Origin: Tubiluchus corallicola
Lineage: Eukaryota; Animalia; Priapulida
Direction of reading: 5' to 3'
Length of the DNA stretch: 64,000 nucleotides
Assembly (NCBI GenBank): GCA_030141605.1
Contig: JAQGDQ010000006.1
Location: 1,384,687 to 1,448,686 of the forward strand
The position numbers and the translations under genes were made by a program. Below, in pieces: positions 34,401 to 58,886 of the stretch. The stretch's first letter is position 1, and each line of letters opens with the position of its first letter. The notes beneath the pieces were generated by a model. That model made no database searches and was not told the DNA's origin. It was given only the letters and a program-made list of their open reading frames with translations.

Positions 34401-37400
34401 AATGAGGTAAAAGTGTTGACGACAAAAAAATTGATTTGAGCAAAGTATAAAAAAATCCTCATCAAAATAAAACGTGTCGTTAATTGAAAAAAGGTGTCAA
34501 ATGTTTAGCATTGTTAAAGTTAAATCTATTAATTCTGTGACATTTTGATAAAGTGTAGTTATTAAAAAATTCAAAAGATCTTGAACTATTATGAGACAGA
34601 TCTATTAATTAGTAATGTTGCTGAAGTTCCTCATTCTGTGATGAAAGTGTTCATTCTTCCCGTCTCAAACTGCTCAAGCAGTACATTTGGAGTCAGTACA
34701 AGTTAATTTAGATTAATCTAGAATCTGAATAGAGAAGACCATGTCTTGACACATGAAGTTTTAGCCATGTGCAAAAATTTATTTTGACATTTTGGAGCCA
34801 GGGCTGGCTCTGCCACTAAGCAAACTGGGTAGTTGCCTAAGGTGCCAAATTCTGGCAATAACTTTAAATCTAGTGTAAGTAAAAGCATAGTATATGTGTA
34901 ATTCCTTAATGCACCATACTAATTAAATGAAAGGAATAAGTTGCATTACTTTCCTGTCGAAATGTATGATTCATTGATGCTTGCATGTTCCCTTGGCAAA
35001 ACACTTATAATTTTTGCTTTATCTGGTTTCCTGAGGTTACATGATTTCTGACATTACGTTGCGCAGACATTACTGATGCGTTACCCTGCTTTTGCTCTCA
35101 GTTTCTGTATATATATACGACGTGCTTATAGAATGACCCTTCGATTAATATAAAATTCTTATTCTCTATTACACTAGCATTTATTTAACCGTGGCAGATA
35201 AACCTATAAGAATAGAATTCTGCAAGACGGAATACAAGGAATGAAAGGTAAATAAGCTGGTGAGTCAAATACAATACAATGGGGTCATAAATCCAATTTC
35301 TTAATTCTAGCAATCATAAATTCAATTTCAAATTCAGTCAGCACAAGCTTGATTGGGGGTGTGCGGGGGACTGTGCGAATGAGTTGATCATTGACGACGG
35401 GAGCTAAAAAACTTTTGCCTAGGGCAAGAAACTGTCTAGGGCTGGTCCTGTGCAGTTGTATTACAGTTTAAAATTCCTTTAACCTATTATGTGTGCAAGA
35501 AGTATTTCTATGCCTGTGAGGCCAACTCCTATAACTGTATCCTTAATTTGTTTATTTTAAAACTGAGAAAATAGAAATAGGTTCACACTCGTTTCTGCAC
35601 AATTATCTGAGATACTATTGTGTTTTATTAAGCAAAGAAATTTATATTTAATTATTCATTTTTCAATTTAAATTACCAATCAAGTCCCAAGTCATTTATT
35701 ATGAGTCCGAGTAAAGTCTAAAGTCACCGACACTCCAATGTCAGAGTCAAAAGCAAATTATGAGTCTGTGACTTGAGTGTTACAACGTTGAAATTAGTAA
35801 CTAAAGAAAGACACCGTCTGCGTAATTTGCTATGACATTGCCTAAATAGAGTAACTACGCTTTTAGCCTTTAGTTTATATATTTGCACCATCTGTGTAAT
35901 TATAATTGATGATTATTTAAAATAAAACATACAGGTGGCACTGGATGGAGTGGTAGTAATTCATTAGCTAGTGACTCTCCCAGTGATAGTTGGAGTGCTG
36001 GCGGAAACAGTGGAGGAAGCAGTGCAAGAGGAAAAGGTTGCTTCAACTGTGGAGAAGACGGTCAAATGTCAAAGGATTGCCCAAATCCAAGGAAGAGTGG
36101 CAGCAAAACCTGTCACAAGTGCGGTGAAGAAGGACACTTTGCAAAGGAATGCACGTCTGGCAACCGTGGTGGCAGTGGAGACAGGGGCTGCAGGAAATGT
36201 GGCGAAGAGGGACATTTTGCCAGAGAATGTCCAAACAACGGGAGTAGTAGGGGTGGAGGTGGGGATAGAGCATGCAGGAAGTGTGGAGAAGAAGGGCATT
36301 TTGCAAGAGAATGTCCGAATGCCGATGCCGAAAACCCAGACAGGAAGCCTCCACAAACATACGTACCTGTCGATATTGGAGATGATGATCTTTTCTCCGA
36401 GTCCGGGATTCATACTGGCATCAACTTTAACAAATATGATGACATCCCAGTTAGTGTGACTGGCAATGACAAACCGAGGCCTATTATGCATTTTGAGGAC
36501 GCTGGTCTTTTCGATACCTTTCTTAATAATGTAAAGAGAGCTGGATATACCAAACCTACTCCAGTCCAGAAATATGCTATGCCCATTATTAAAGCGGGTC
36601 GTGATCTTATGGCATGTGCTCAGACAGGCTCAGGCAAGACTGCTGCATTTCTTTTACCTGTTCTAACAGAAATGATTAACAAAGGGCTGCACGGCGGTAG
36701 TCTTAGTATGGTTCAAGAGCCAAATGCTGTGGTGATTGCGCCTACACGTGAACTTGCAAAACAGATTTTTCTTGAGGCTCGCAAATTTGCATTAGGCAGC
36801 ATAGTTAAGCCATGTGTTGCTTATGGTGGAACTGCTGTTGCTCATCAGTTACGGCAAATAGAAAAAGGTTGTAATTTATTAGTGGCAACCCCTGGACGAT
36901 TGCTGGACTACGTTTCCAAGCAGAAAATATCCTTAGCTAAATGCACTTACCTGATTTTGGATGAGGCTGACCGTATGCTAGACATGGGCTTCATTCCTGA
37001 TGTACGTAGGATAGTTCAAGATTTTAATATGCCAAGAAAGCAAGAACGGCAAACCCTTCTGTTCAGTGCAACATTTCCCAGAGAAATACAAATTCTTGCA
37101 GCTGATTTTATGAATGATTACTTGTTTGTTGCCGTAGGCGTTGTTGGTGGTGCAAATAATGATGTCAAGCAAATATTCTTTGAAGTCGCTTCTAATGAAA
37201 AACGAGATAAGCTGTGTGAGCTATTGAGCAAGACCGGGACTGACCGAACGCTTGTGTTTGTGGAACGGAAAAGAAATGCCGACTTTTTGAGCTCGTATCT
37301 GTGCCAATCTGGATATCCTTCTACTAGCATTCATGGTGATCGCGAGCAGTACCAAAGAGAGGAAGCCCTCAGTGACTTTCGTTCGAATCGTGCTCCTATT

Positions 37401-37787
37401 CTGCTGGCTACACAAGTAGCTGCTAGAGGCCTGGATATTCCTGATGTGAAACATGTTATCAATTATGATTTACCATCCAACATTGAAGAATACGTTCACC
37501 GCATTGGACGTACAGGACGTGTTGGCAATCTCGGCAAAGCAACAAGCTTCTACGACAGTGCTCAAGACCGTGAGTTGGCTTCGGCTTTGGTGAAGGTTTT
37601 AGGAGATGCTCAACAAGAAGTGCCAGAATGGCTGGAAAAAGAAGCCGGTTCAGGCATGTATGGTGGTGGTGGTGGTGGTGGTCGTGGATATGGTGGACGC
37701 GACTTGCGAGGAGGTAGAAATAACTCAGATAGTAATTTTGGGTTTAATTCTACCATGGCAGCTCATGCTGAAGAAGAGGAGTGGTAG
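31408..37787 (+). CDS. vasa: Vasa DEAD-box RNA helicase (675 aa); exons 31408-31465, 33131-33247, 35935-37787
   Basis: MSDDDW N-terminus, a GFGRG exon and four zinc knuckles (three CCHC, one CCQC). Complete Q, AQTGSGKT, PTRELA, TPGR, DEAD, SAT, ARGLD and HRIGRTGR motifs, with the vasa-typical acidic EEEEW end. Splice phases 1/1 are in frame. An acceptor at 31355 indicates upstream UTR exon(s). Confidence 0.96.
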
Positions 37788-37857
37788 TTGTTGTAACCAC
37801 CAACAGGGATCACTGTTTACTTAACTAAAGCTATTCTAATTAAAATTTCATCTTCAG

Positions 37858-37911
37858 TTATTATCCTAAATTTTTGCTTTGGCTTTATTATCCTAAATTT
37901 TTGCTTTGGCT
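37858..37911 (+). repeat. Perfect 27-bp tandem duplication in the vasa 3'UTR
   Basis: TTATTATCCTAAATTTTTGCTTTGGCT x2. Confidence 0.9.
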
Positions 37912-40487
37912 ATTAGCTATGCAATTTTTGTCACTCTCACAGTTCATCTCTAAGCTCACAGACTCTCATATATTTTTATAAAGAGAAAATGATGCATTAC
38001 ATGATGACCTGTTAGAGATACTGTGAAAGAGAATGTTTTAGGATAGAATTATGTTAAATGATGCTTTGATGAACATCTTTTTCAGTAAGATAATATGCTA
38101 AGAGTCCAATGTTTAGTTTTGAAATTTGAGTGACATTTAGAGTGTTCTAATGAGTGCGGCCATCAATTAGCTAAAGCTATATAGTTAATTGTATTTCTGT
38201 TATTGATAATTAGTGTTAAACAAACATTTATTAGTGATACAGATACAGATCAAAATTTTTAAATTTTTTATATGTAATTGCAAAATTACACATTATTACT
38301 ATAACTTCAGTAGTAACTCAACTATAGCCATTTTGTATTTTTGTGCACTGAAGTATTGCATCTATAAATCACAGAAATTATCCTTTGGTAAAGCCATGCT
38401 GATTACCATGTTTTTTTAGGTAAGGGCATTTCAGAAGCTGTTATTTGAAACTTGCAACCGCTTTAGTCATATATTGTACATTGTGTGTATGCTACATGAT
38501 ATTAAATGCGTGATCATTAGTTTTTGCTTTGCTCATTGGTTTGCCATTCATTTACGTTACCTGGGTATTCATCTAGGGTTGTTATTCTTTCTAAGATAGT
38601 TTGTTTGGGCATCTTATAACTTTGGCAAGTTCTTTTAAAGTACGTTTTCGGAAGTATACAGATTATAATACGATATAGTTTTTATTTTCGATTTTCTACA
38701 CTAAAGGATTTGAAGGATATATAAGATTGGAATTTCTTGGGTGGGCCAAAATCGGTGAATAGAGAGTAGTGTAAGTAGTGTATGAAAATTCAAGTTTCTA
38801 ATATTCAAATTTGCTCAGAAATTCCGATGTTCATGCATTTGGGTACGTTAACTTGCAAAATCTTGTTCAGTGAGGATCCTTTCATTCAACCTCTGGCATT
38901 GTGACCATTATCAATGCCAGTTATTCACTCTGAGTCGTTTTCTTTATCTCAGTAGTGATTATGTATGCGCCTGAGTGTTAGTAATCCTTTTAGAGGATAT
39001 CTCTGTGAATAACAGCTTATTGTTGTTTTGTTGCTTGTAAATTCAGCTTCAGGAAAGCTGATCATTTATAGGGCGATTGTAAAAAAAGTAGCGAGGTTCC
39101 TTGAAAATACTGGAAAGTATGACTTATTATGTTGTTTTGTTATTGAAGTTTTGTTATGTTAGTCAAAGCAAACGCTTTTTCTCCTTTGTATTTATTTTTG
39201 TTCATGTTATGTATAATGTTGTTTAACTGAATTGTAAACTACTGTACTACATACTTTATCTTATGCTTTATCACCTTTTGTGTTTTGTAATTCATTCGAT
39301 ATTGCATCCCTTATTATAATTATAATATCAATAAATAATTGAAAACAACTTACAGTTTTCTTGTTGTTAATATGGATTATTCATCACAAAAATTAAACCT
39401 AGACAAACTTACACTATTAAAGCATTTTCGCTTAAAAAATAATATTCACTGTACTAGAGTTTTGGACGACTGTTTAAATTGGAATGTAGCTGATTGGTAC
39501 GTGTCATTGATTTCTGGTACCTTGCTAGACATACATTTTTCTTCATGTTGTCAGCAGCAGTTATACATGTGATAGGATCGAAAAACACAGTGAGATTAAT
39601 TTAAAAAATGTAAAACAGCAAAGCTCCAGGGACTGCAATTTTGCAACATTTGAGCGTTCGAAGTTGGTTTTTTTATGCACCCAAAATACTTTGACATTTT
39701 TTATTATGGATTAGCATGCTTCGATCATTGGTGTAGCATATTCTAGAAACACCACATAGGTAACAAAATGGTTACGTCAAGTTTAATGCAGTATAATTTT
39801 TTGCTTAGCCCACTTGGGTTCTCGTCTTGGGGACACAATTTGTGCTATTAATATATTACATATATATTATGTACTTTTTGAGATCAATAAGGGCCATTAA
39901 TTGTGATGGGTATTATTTGTCTGCATTATTTACGTATGATAAGCTGCCGTGCGTTTCCCGGAGCATATTTCATTTTCTTAATCAGTAAAAATTTTATTAA
40001 TTGTACTTAAATTAGGAAGTTATTATAATGTAATATTTTTGAAAGTAGCGATAATAATAATTGCATAATATGACTACACTGCAAATTCAAGTGAAACCAA
40101 GCGCCGGACACTTGGGCACGAGACATTTTGGCACTAATGAAACTTTAATGGTGTTGCCTGTTTTTTATTTCTGTTCTATAAATTTTTACTAATTCACTAT
40201 TTTACTACCTTTCGCAATATTTTTTAAAATCGCTTTAAGTATTATTAGTTTAGACTTTAGCGGCAGTGTTTTTACAGTTGTTTCCAGCTTTTATTACGTA
40301 ATCATACTCCCCAAAATAATTACATGTATTACTTTTTTTAGATGTTATATAAAAGTTGTAGTTATGGATTCTCATAATTTTAGTGTACTATCCAGAGTGA
40401 TCACGCAGTAAATTTCTCCAGGTGATGGAGTTGCATACTTGTAATACATTTCTTGGTGATCGAGTCGCATACTCGCATTACTCTATA

Positions 40488-40686
40488 AAGTGTCGTTTAC
40501 GTAGCATCCGGATTCGTAAGCGTTTTGGAGGGTGCGGAATAAATAAAATCGGCTTATATTGTTTTCAGCGCACCCGTTTATGCAGACAGCGTGTGCGTTA
40601 TTCCTGTAGCTATTCATATTGATTTTTCCGCAGCTATTCCATAGGTAGAAACGTATACGCATCCGGATGCTACCTAATCGCGACTT
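40488..40686. mobile_element. ~200-bp MITE with ~38-bp TIRs (Harbinger-like)
   Basis: AAGTGTCGTTTACGTAGCATCCGGATTCGTAAGCGTTT is inverted against AAACGTATACGCATCCGGATGCTACCTAATCGCGACTT; TA/AA flanks. Confidence 0.65.
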
Positions 40687-41699
40687 AACAGCACAGCCGG
40701 TAGGGTCACAATGGCCTGATTATCTCTGTAAGAACCATGTTTGGAAAAAGGAAAAACAGTATGATTTTTGATAGCCTGCGGGTGGTCCTATGCCATTTTG
40801 AAGTACAGTACGGTAAAAAAGTTTATTCAGTGTGATATGCAAAACTTGACAAATTTGAAAGGAAATTAAAGCGGACTCAATCTTAAATCATAGCTGAAAC
40901 AATGTACAAGAATAACTTACGTGAAAGAATTATTACCGCAGAAATCTAACATCACCTTTGAGCGGCACTAGCGCCTTTATCTCGGAAACGCATTTCACAG
41001 AAAAAACTGACATTCTCTTTTGTATACTCTTTTGAATTATTTAAGGTTATAGGCAAAATTGGCAAATGTCAAATAGCCTTTACTCATTCAGACAAGGTCA
41101 ACAAAATCTGCATCGTTATTTTGGTTCCTCCTATAGACGTTGCAAATTCCATGATACCTAGTATTGTCACTACGGAGCCTCTAAAGGCTGTAGCAGAAAA
41201 CGAGATAATTGACTTTGACTCATTGATCCAATGTCACAGAATGTTCACCCTTATTTCAGCAACTAGTCCAGGTGACTGGAAAGCAACCTTTCTGATTAGC
41301 TGTTATGACCCTGTTTTAAGACTTTCATCCATGTCATGTGACTTGCCTCGCTCACTTTCTGAAAATACTTAGTGGACGTCTTCCCTTACCTAGCTATCCA
41401 TACGTGCAAAAACATAAACTTTGTATGTAATACTGTAAGAGGAGTTAAATGACAAACCCATTTGCCCTAATTTTCACTGAACGGCTCCTAGTGGTATCAC
41501 TATTCATTTACATCACTATCTGAGCATCTACCGCAGGCGGCAACCCTGCAAGTTTTATGACTCCACCTTTTACACTTATGAAATTAATAACATAATCCCG
41601 GAGTTAACACTTTCGTCCCTGTCACGTTACTTGGCAACGCCCACTTTTTGAAAATTAATTTGTGTACATCTACCCTACTCGGCTACATACGCATACAAA

Positions 41700-42065
41700 A
41701 ATATGTACTACTGATCCAATACTGTAAGAAGAATTGCCCTATTTTTAACATTTTGGCGCCTATCTTGGGCTGTTACGATATCTCAGCTTTGTAATCCTCA
41801 GTGCCACATCTAGCCAACAACACCTACTGTAAATACTTTTGAAAAAACAATTCAATGTAAGCCCTAGGAGGAAATGCAGTTCAATCGAAAAAATTGAGAA
41901 ACTCCCGATTTTCACATTTGGCTCCTATCTCAGGCCGTTCAAGAATCCCATTTTTTTAAACGTCAGGTGCACATCTGCTTAATAATACTTAATTTATACC
42001 TGTCGGAAAAAATTCAAAAGCCATATATACAGGAGAAGATACTGTTCAATTGAAAAATTGACTGA
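41700..42065. repeat. Degenerate ~166-bp tandem repeat, probably part of a larger repeat element from ~40900
   Basis: Motif pairs recur at 166-167 bp spacing: TTTGGCGCCTATCT/TTTGGCTCCTATCT, GTGCCACATCT/GTGCACATCT and GTTCAATCGAAAAAATTGA/GTTCAATTGAAAAATTGA. Confidence 0.6.
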
Positions 42066-42727
42066 GATCGGATGTCAGCATCATTCCTCCATTGATAGTG
42101 AGGCTCTCAATTCTGACCCTAGACTGCACATGCAAAGAGCTATTAAGCAAAACGTTGGTAGCGAAACAAATGACAATAAACGCTATGAATTTCAAAAAGA
42201 TTTTGCTGTGACGAAATCTCTTGAAGACTTTCTATGGCAAAATGTTAATGGAAATAAAAATCGGAGGTAACAAGAAGATTCTACTGCACGTTTAATCCAT
42301 TAGGTCATTATTGCAGTCACTGTCATGCTTTATAAATTAATGCTATATACAAAGCTTCTTACGAATAAGCACAATTCCCAGACGGTTCATGTTAACATCA
42401 TTATAGTTCTGGAATAGTGTATGATACTAGTGTCACACAGACTCCACAAAGGAAACCATTATGTAGGCCTGATTGGAAAGTAAACATGCGCTGTCGCGAA
42501 GAAGCTCGAAACTGTCTAACGGCTGTCTTTGCTCAAGGTAGACCGGGGCTACTGCGAAGCCAGGTCGCAGAGCGCAGGCAGAGTGCAGCAAAACGAGACA
42601 ATCAGGTGACAAGCAAGAAACGTGCATTAGGAGATTTATTTCGTGTGCCGAAAACAACACGTGAAACCTGAAGAAGAAACGCGAAAATTGGAAAGGTGAA
42701 GCGACTTATTATCAGAGATGAAGCGAC

Positions 42728-42735
42728 TATAAAAG
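42728..42735 (+). promoter_or_regulatory. Candidate TATA box of the NIT-guanylyl cyclase gene
   Basis: Consensus TATAAAAG after a CpG-richer patch (42480-42720). It is followed by a plausible short UTR exon (donor ~42777, acceptor 42846) ahead of ATG 43008. Confidence 0.45.
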
Positions 42736-43007
42736 CATGTGACAGAGATTTTTGTATTCGCGTTTCTCTTAAACGGGTATTATATTTTTTGCTATTACTT
42801 TGGTCATCTAAGTAATTGCTTAATTAGTGGTAAATATTAATTTCAGGATAAAATGTCTCCTGAATAGGAAGGAAATTATACGGTGTTCTCAGTTAATCTT
42901 GTGACTTCAGAAACTTTGAAAACAGAAAACTGTTTAATTTTATTAATCTAGACAAATAAATTTTGGACTACGTAAAAGCATATATAGTGCGATACTGTCT
43001 GTCTTCT

Positions 43008-56134
<13,127 letters not shown>

Positions 56135-57538
56135 GTGAGTTATCTGAATCCTGGGACTATTGAGGTGTGTTTAATCTACGTGTAGATGGGTAGAAGCGGG
56201 CCTAAATAAATTTTTCATTTATAATTTGTGTCTTTCCTTTATTTAAAGTATTTTAGGCTTTTAACTAAAAAGTAGTTTCAGTAACTTGGCAAAAATCGCC
56301 CAGCCTTTATCCTCCCTAGCTTTGTTTTTCTGCACAAATCAATCATTTTTCAGGCATATGATTACATTTATCTGTTTATTTATATCCCATTTGATTTTTG
56401 CTTTTTTCTCACCATTTTAGCACCATGTATGGTAAATAATTGTCTCTGTTTCATGTAATCTGATTTACTAGTTGTGTAGTTTGGTAGTCATCTAGAAGAA
56501 ATGGGAGGCAAAAATTATGATTTTGTGTGTTTTTTTGCTATTCAGTAGACGATATAGCCTCCTAATATTCATGACAGGACTCATTTTGCGTAAGCTGTGA
56601 TAGATGCTGACTTTAAGTGGCCCGTAATTTTGTGCTATGACCTTTATTGGCAGAGACCAATCAAAATTTTTACAAAAAATTCTGGTATCATGAAATCAAA
56701 GCTAAAGTAATAAGTGCAGTCTCAGAATTCGACTTTTGTGGTTTTGTGAATTCCTAGTGAGAAATTGTAAAATGTTTACGTGAGCGCTGTCACAAATTGG
56801 ATGAACACACAGACAAAACAGAAAGCGTAATGGCGGGTTACAAGACAACTCTTTATTCCCTAATGCGCATGTGTGCTTCAAGAGAGCTATATAAAGATTA
56901 CGTCATTACACTTTTCCCCTCTTAGAAAAAAATTTGCAATTCAAATTTTTCACAATTGCATAAGAAGTACAAAACTGCATCACAAAAACTACAGTTAGAA
57001 ACACCTATTATGAATTCAATTTAAATTCACTGCAAAAGAAAGGATTAAATGAAACTCTACCAAATGGTTAACATAATTGCAGCTAAATAGCCATGGAAGT
57101 ATGCCAACATGTAACTATCTACTATAACCCTAAACTCTTATTTTTTTTAGAATTCAACTAACCAACAAGACTGTTTACCGATAGCTAATCTACCAACTGC
57201 TATCAAATACTGATAGAAAAATATATGCCTGCCAAAACCATAAAAAACACAAATTCAACTTCAAAGTGTTTTCAATGCATATGAAAAGTCACACATTATT
57301 AATGAACAATTCAATCACACAGTTCATAAATTTAGTCTTTCGGTTGGTTTCCGTACACACAAAGAGCGACATACTTCTGAAGTACTAGATTGTTTGCTAC
57401 CACTGTCCATTTCAGTGTTCATTGGATTTGCGATAGTAGGTTGTTCCCGAACCTCTGTGACAGGAGCTGGTGGAATAACTGAACTAACTAAAGTAGATTG
57501 GTTAGTAGTTGCATATGAGGCATGATGTACATACCTGT

Positions 57539-58886
57539 TCAAGTCTTTGTGTAATGCTTTATGTGCACATACCTATCACCATCATTAGTTTTAACTTGGT
57601 AAGTCAGATGTCCTTTTTCCTCCACAATTTTGCCAGGAATCCACTTTTCTGGACTGCCACGAAAATTTTTAATATTAACCGATTCCCCTTCAGTGAAAAT
57701 TCGTTGTTTAACACCATGTTTATCATGCCGCTGTTGCTGCTTAATTTGCTTATCAAAAACATTCTGCTCAAGATGTGGTTTTAGCAATGAGAACCGAGTT
57801 CTCAGCTGTCTCTTTAAAAATAGTTCACAAGATGTTGCTTCAGTAACTGAATGAGGTGTACTCCTATACATGAGTAAGAAGTTAGCAAGCTTATGCTGCA
57901 CTCTCAAATTGCACTGAGACTTGTCAAGTCCTTGCTTCTTTAAAGCACGCTTTACAGTTTGAACAGCACGTTCTGCTGCACCATTTGATGCTGGATGATG
58001 AACTGGCGTCAAAAAGTGACAGATGTCATTCTTGCTTAAAAATGTTTTAAAAAGTTCTGATGTGAACTGGGGTCCATTGTCGGACACCAACATTTCTGGC
58101 AAGCCATAACTAGCAAACAATGTTCGAAGAGTCTCTATTCTCTCAGCAGTCATGCTTGACATAGGGAAGCATTCCAGCCACTTGGTGTAACTGTCAGTCA
58201 CAATAAGAAGATACTGTTTACCAGTCTCTGCAAAGTCAATATGCACCCGCTGCCATGGATGAGTGGCCCACTGCCATGGATGGAGTGGAGCTTTAGGTGG
58301 ATTATTCTGAACTGCTTGGCAGACTGAACATGAGTTTACCATCTGTTCAATGTCACGATCTAGATTTGACCACCAAAAATAGCCTCTCGCAAATGACTAT
58401 GTGCGTGAAATGCCAATGTTGTTCCATGAAGTTCTTCCAACATGCGTGGGCAGAGCACTTCTTGAATTATCACTCGCATGCCCCATAAAAGACAATTCTC
58501 ATCAAGAGAGAGTTCATTCTTTCTCTGAAAGTATGGGAAAAAGTTTGTTGTCTTTCACAGATTTTGGCCAACCATTCAACACAAAATCACGAACTTTGGA
58601 CAACACTGGATCATTCTGCGTAGCACGGCTAATGCATTTCTGCATGGTAGGTAATTCGTCTACGTAAGAAATTGTATGTACCATGTGATCCTCAAAATCT
58701 TTTGTCTCTGGTTTACTTCCAGCACTAGTCATAGGTAAACTCGACATTGTATCAACGTTGCAGTGGTCGGATGATCGACGATACTCAATGTCATACTGGT
58801 AGCCGGAAAGAATGACAGCCCAAAACTGTAAACGGGCTGCTGCCATTGTGGGTATTGCGGTTTTGGAATTGAAGATAGTCTTCAAA
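57539..58886 (-). pseudogene. Frameshifted RNase H/integrase region of the outer Gypsy pol
   Basis: AAARLQFWAVILSGYQYDIEYR, CSVCQ (HHCC), PWQRVHIDFA, SDNGPQF, HPASNGAAERAVQT (DDE) and YRSTPH motifs, split across frames. Confidence 0.88.

Noticed and set aside
34799-35449. hAT MITE with CAGGGCTGGC termini in the vasa intron
   Set aside because: TIRs are degenerate and there is no matching TSD; probably an old relic, but too weak to list as a feature.
35971-36491. Overlapping ORFs 35971..36459(+), 36043..36360(-) and 36069..36491(-)
   Set aside because: Alternative-frame shadows of the repetitive vasa knuckle region, with no recognisable domains.
36066-37787. PL10/DDX3 instead of vasa
   Set aside because: CCHC knuckles, the GINFNKYDDIPV context and the acidic EEEEW terminus indicate vasa.
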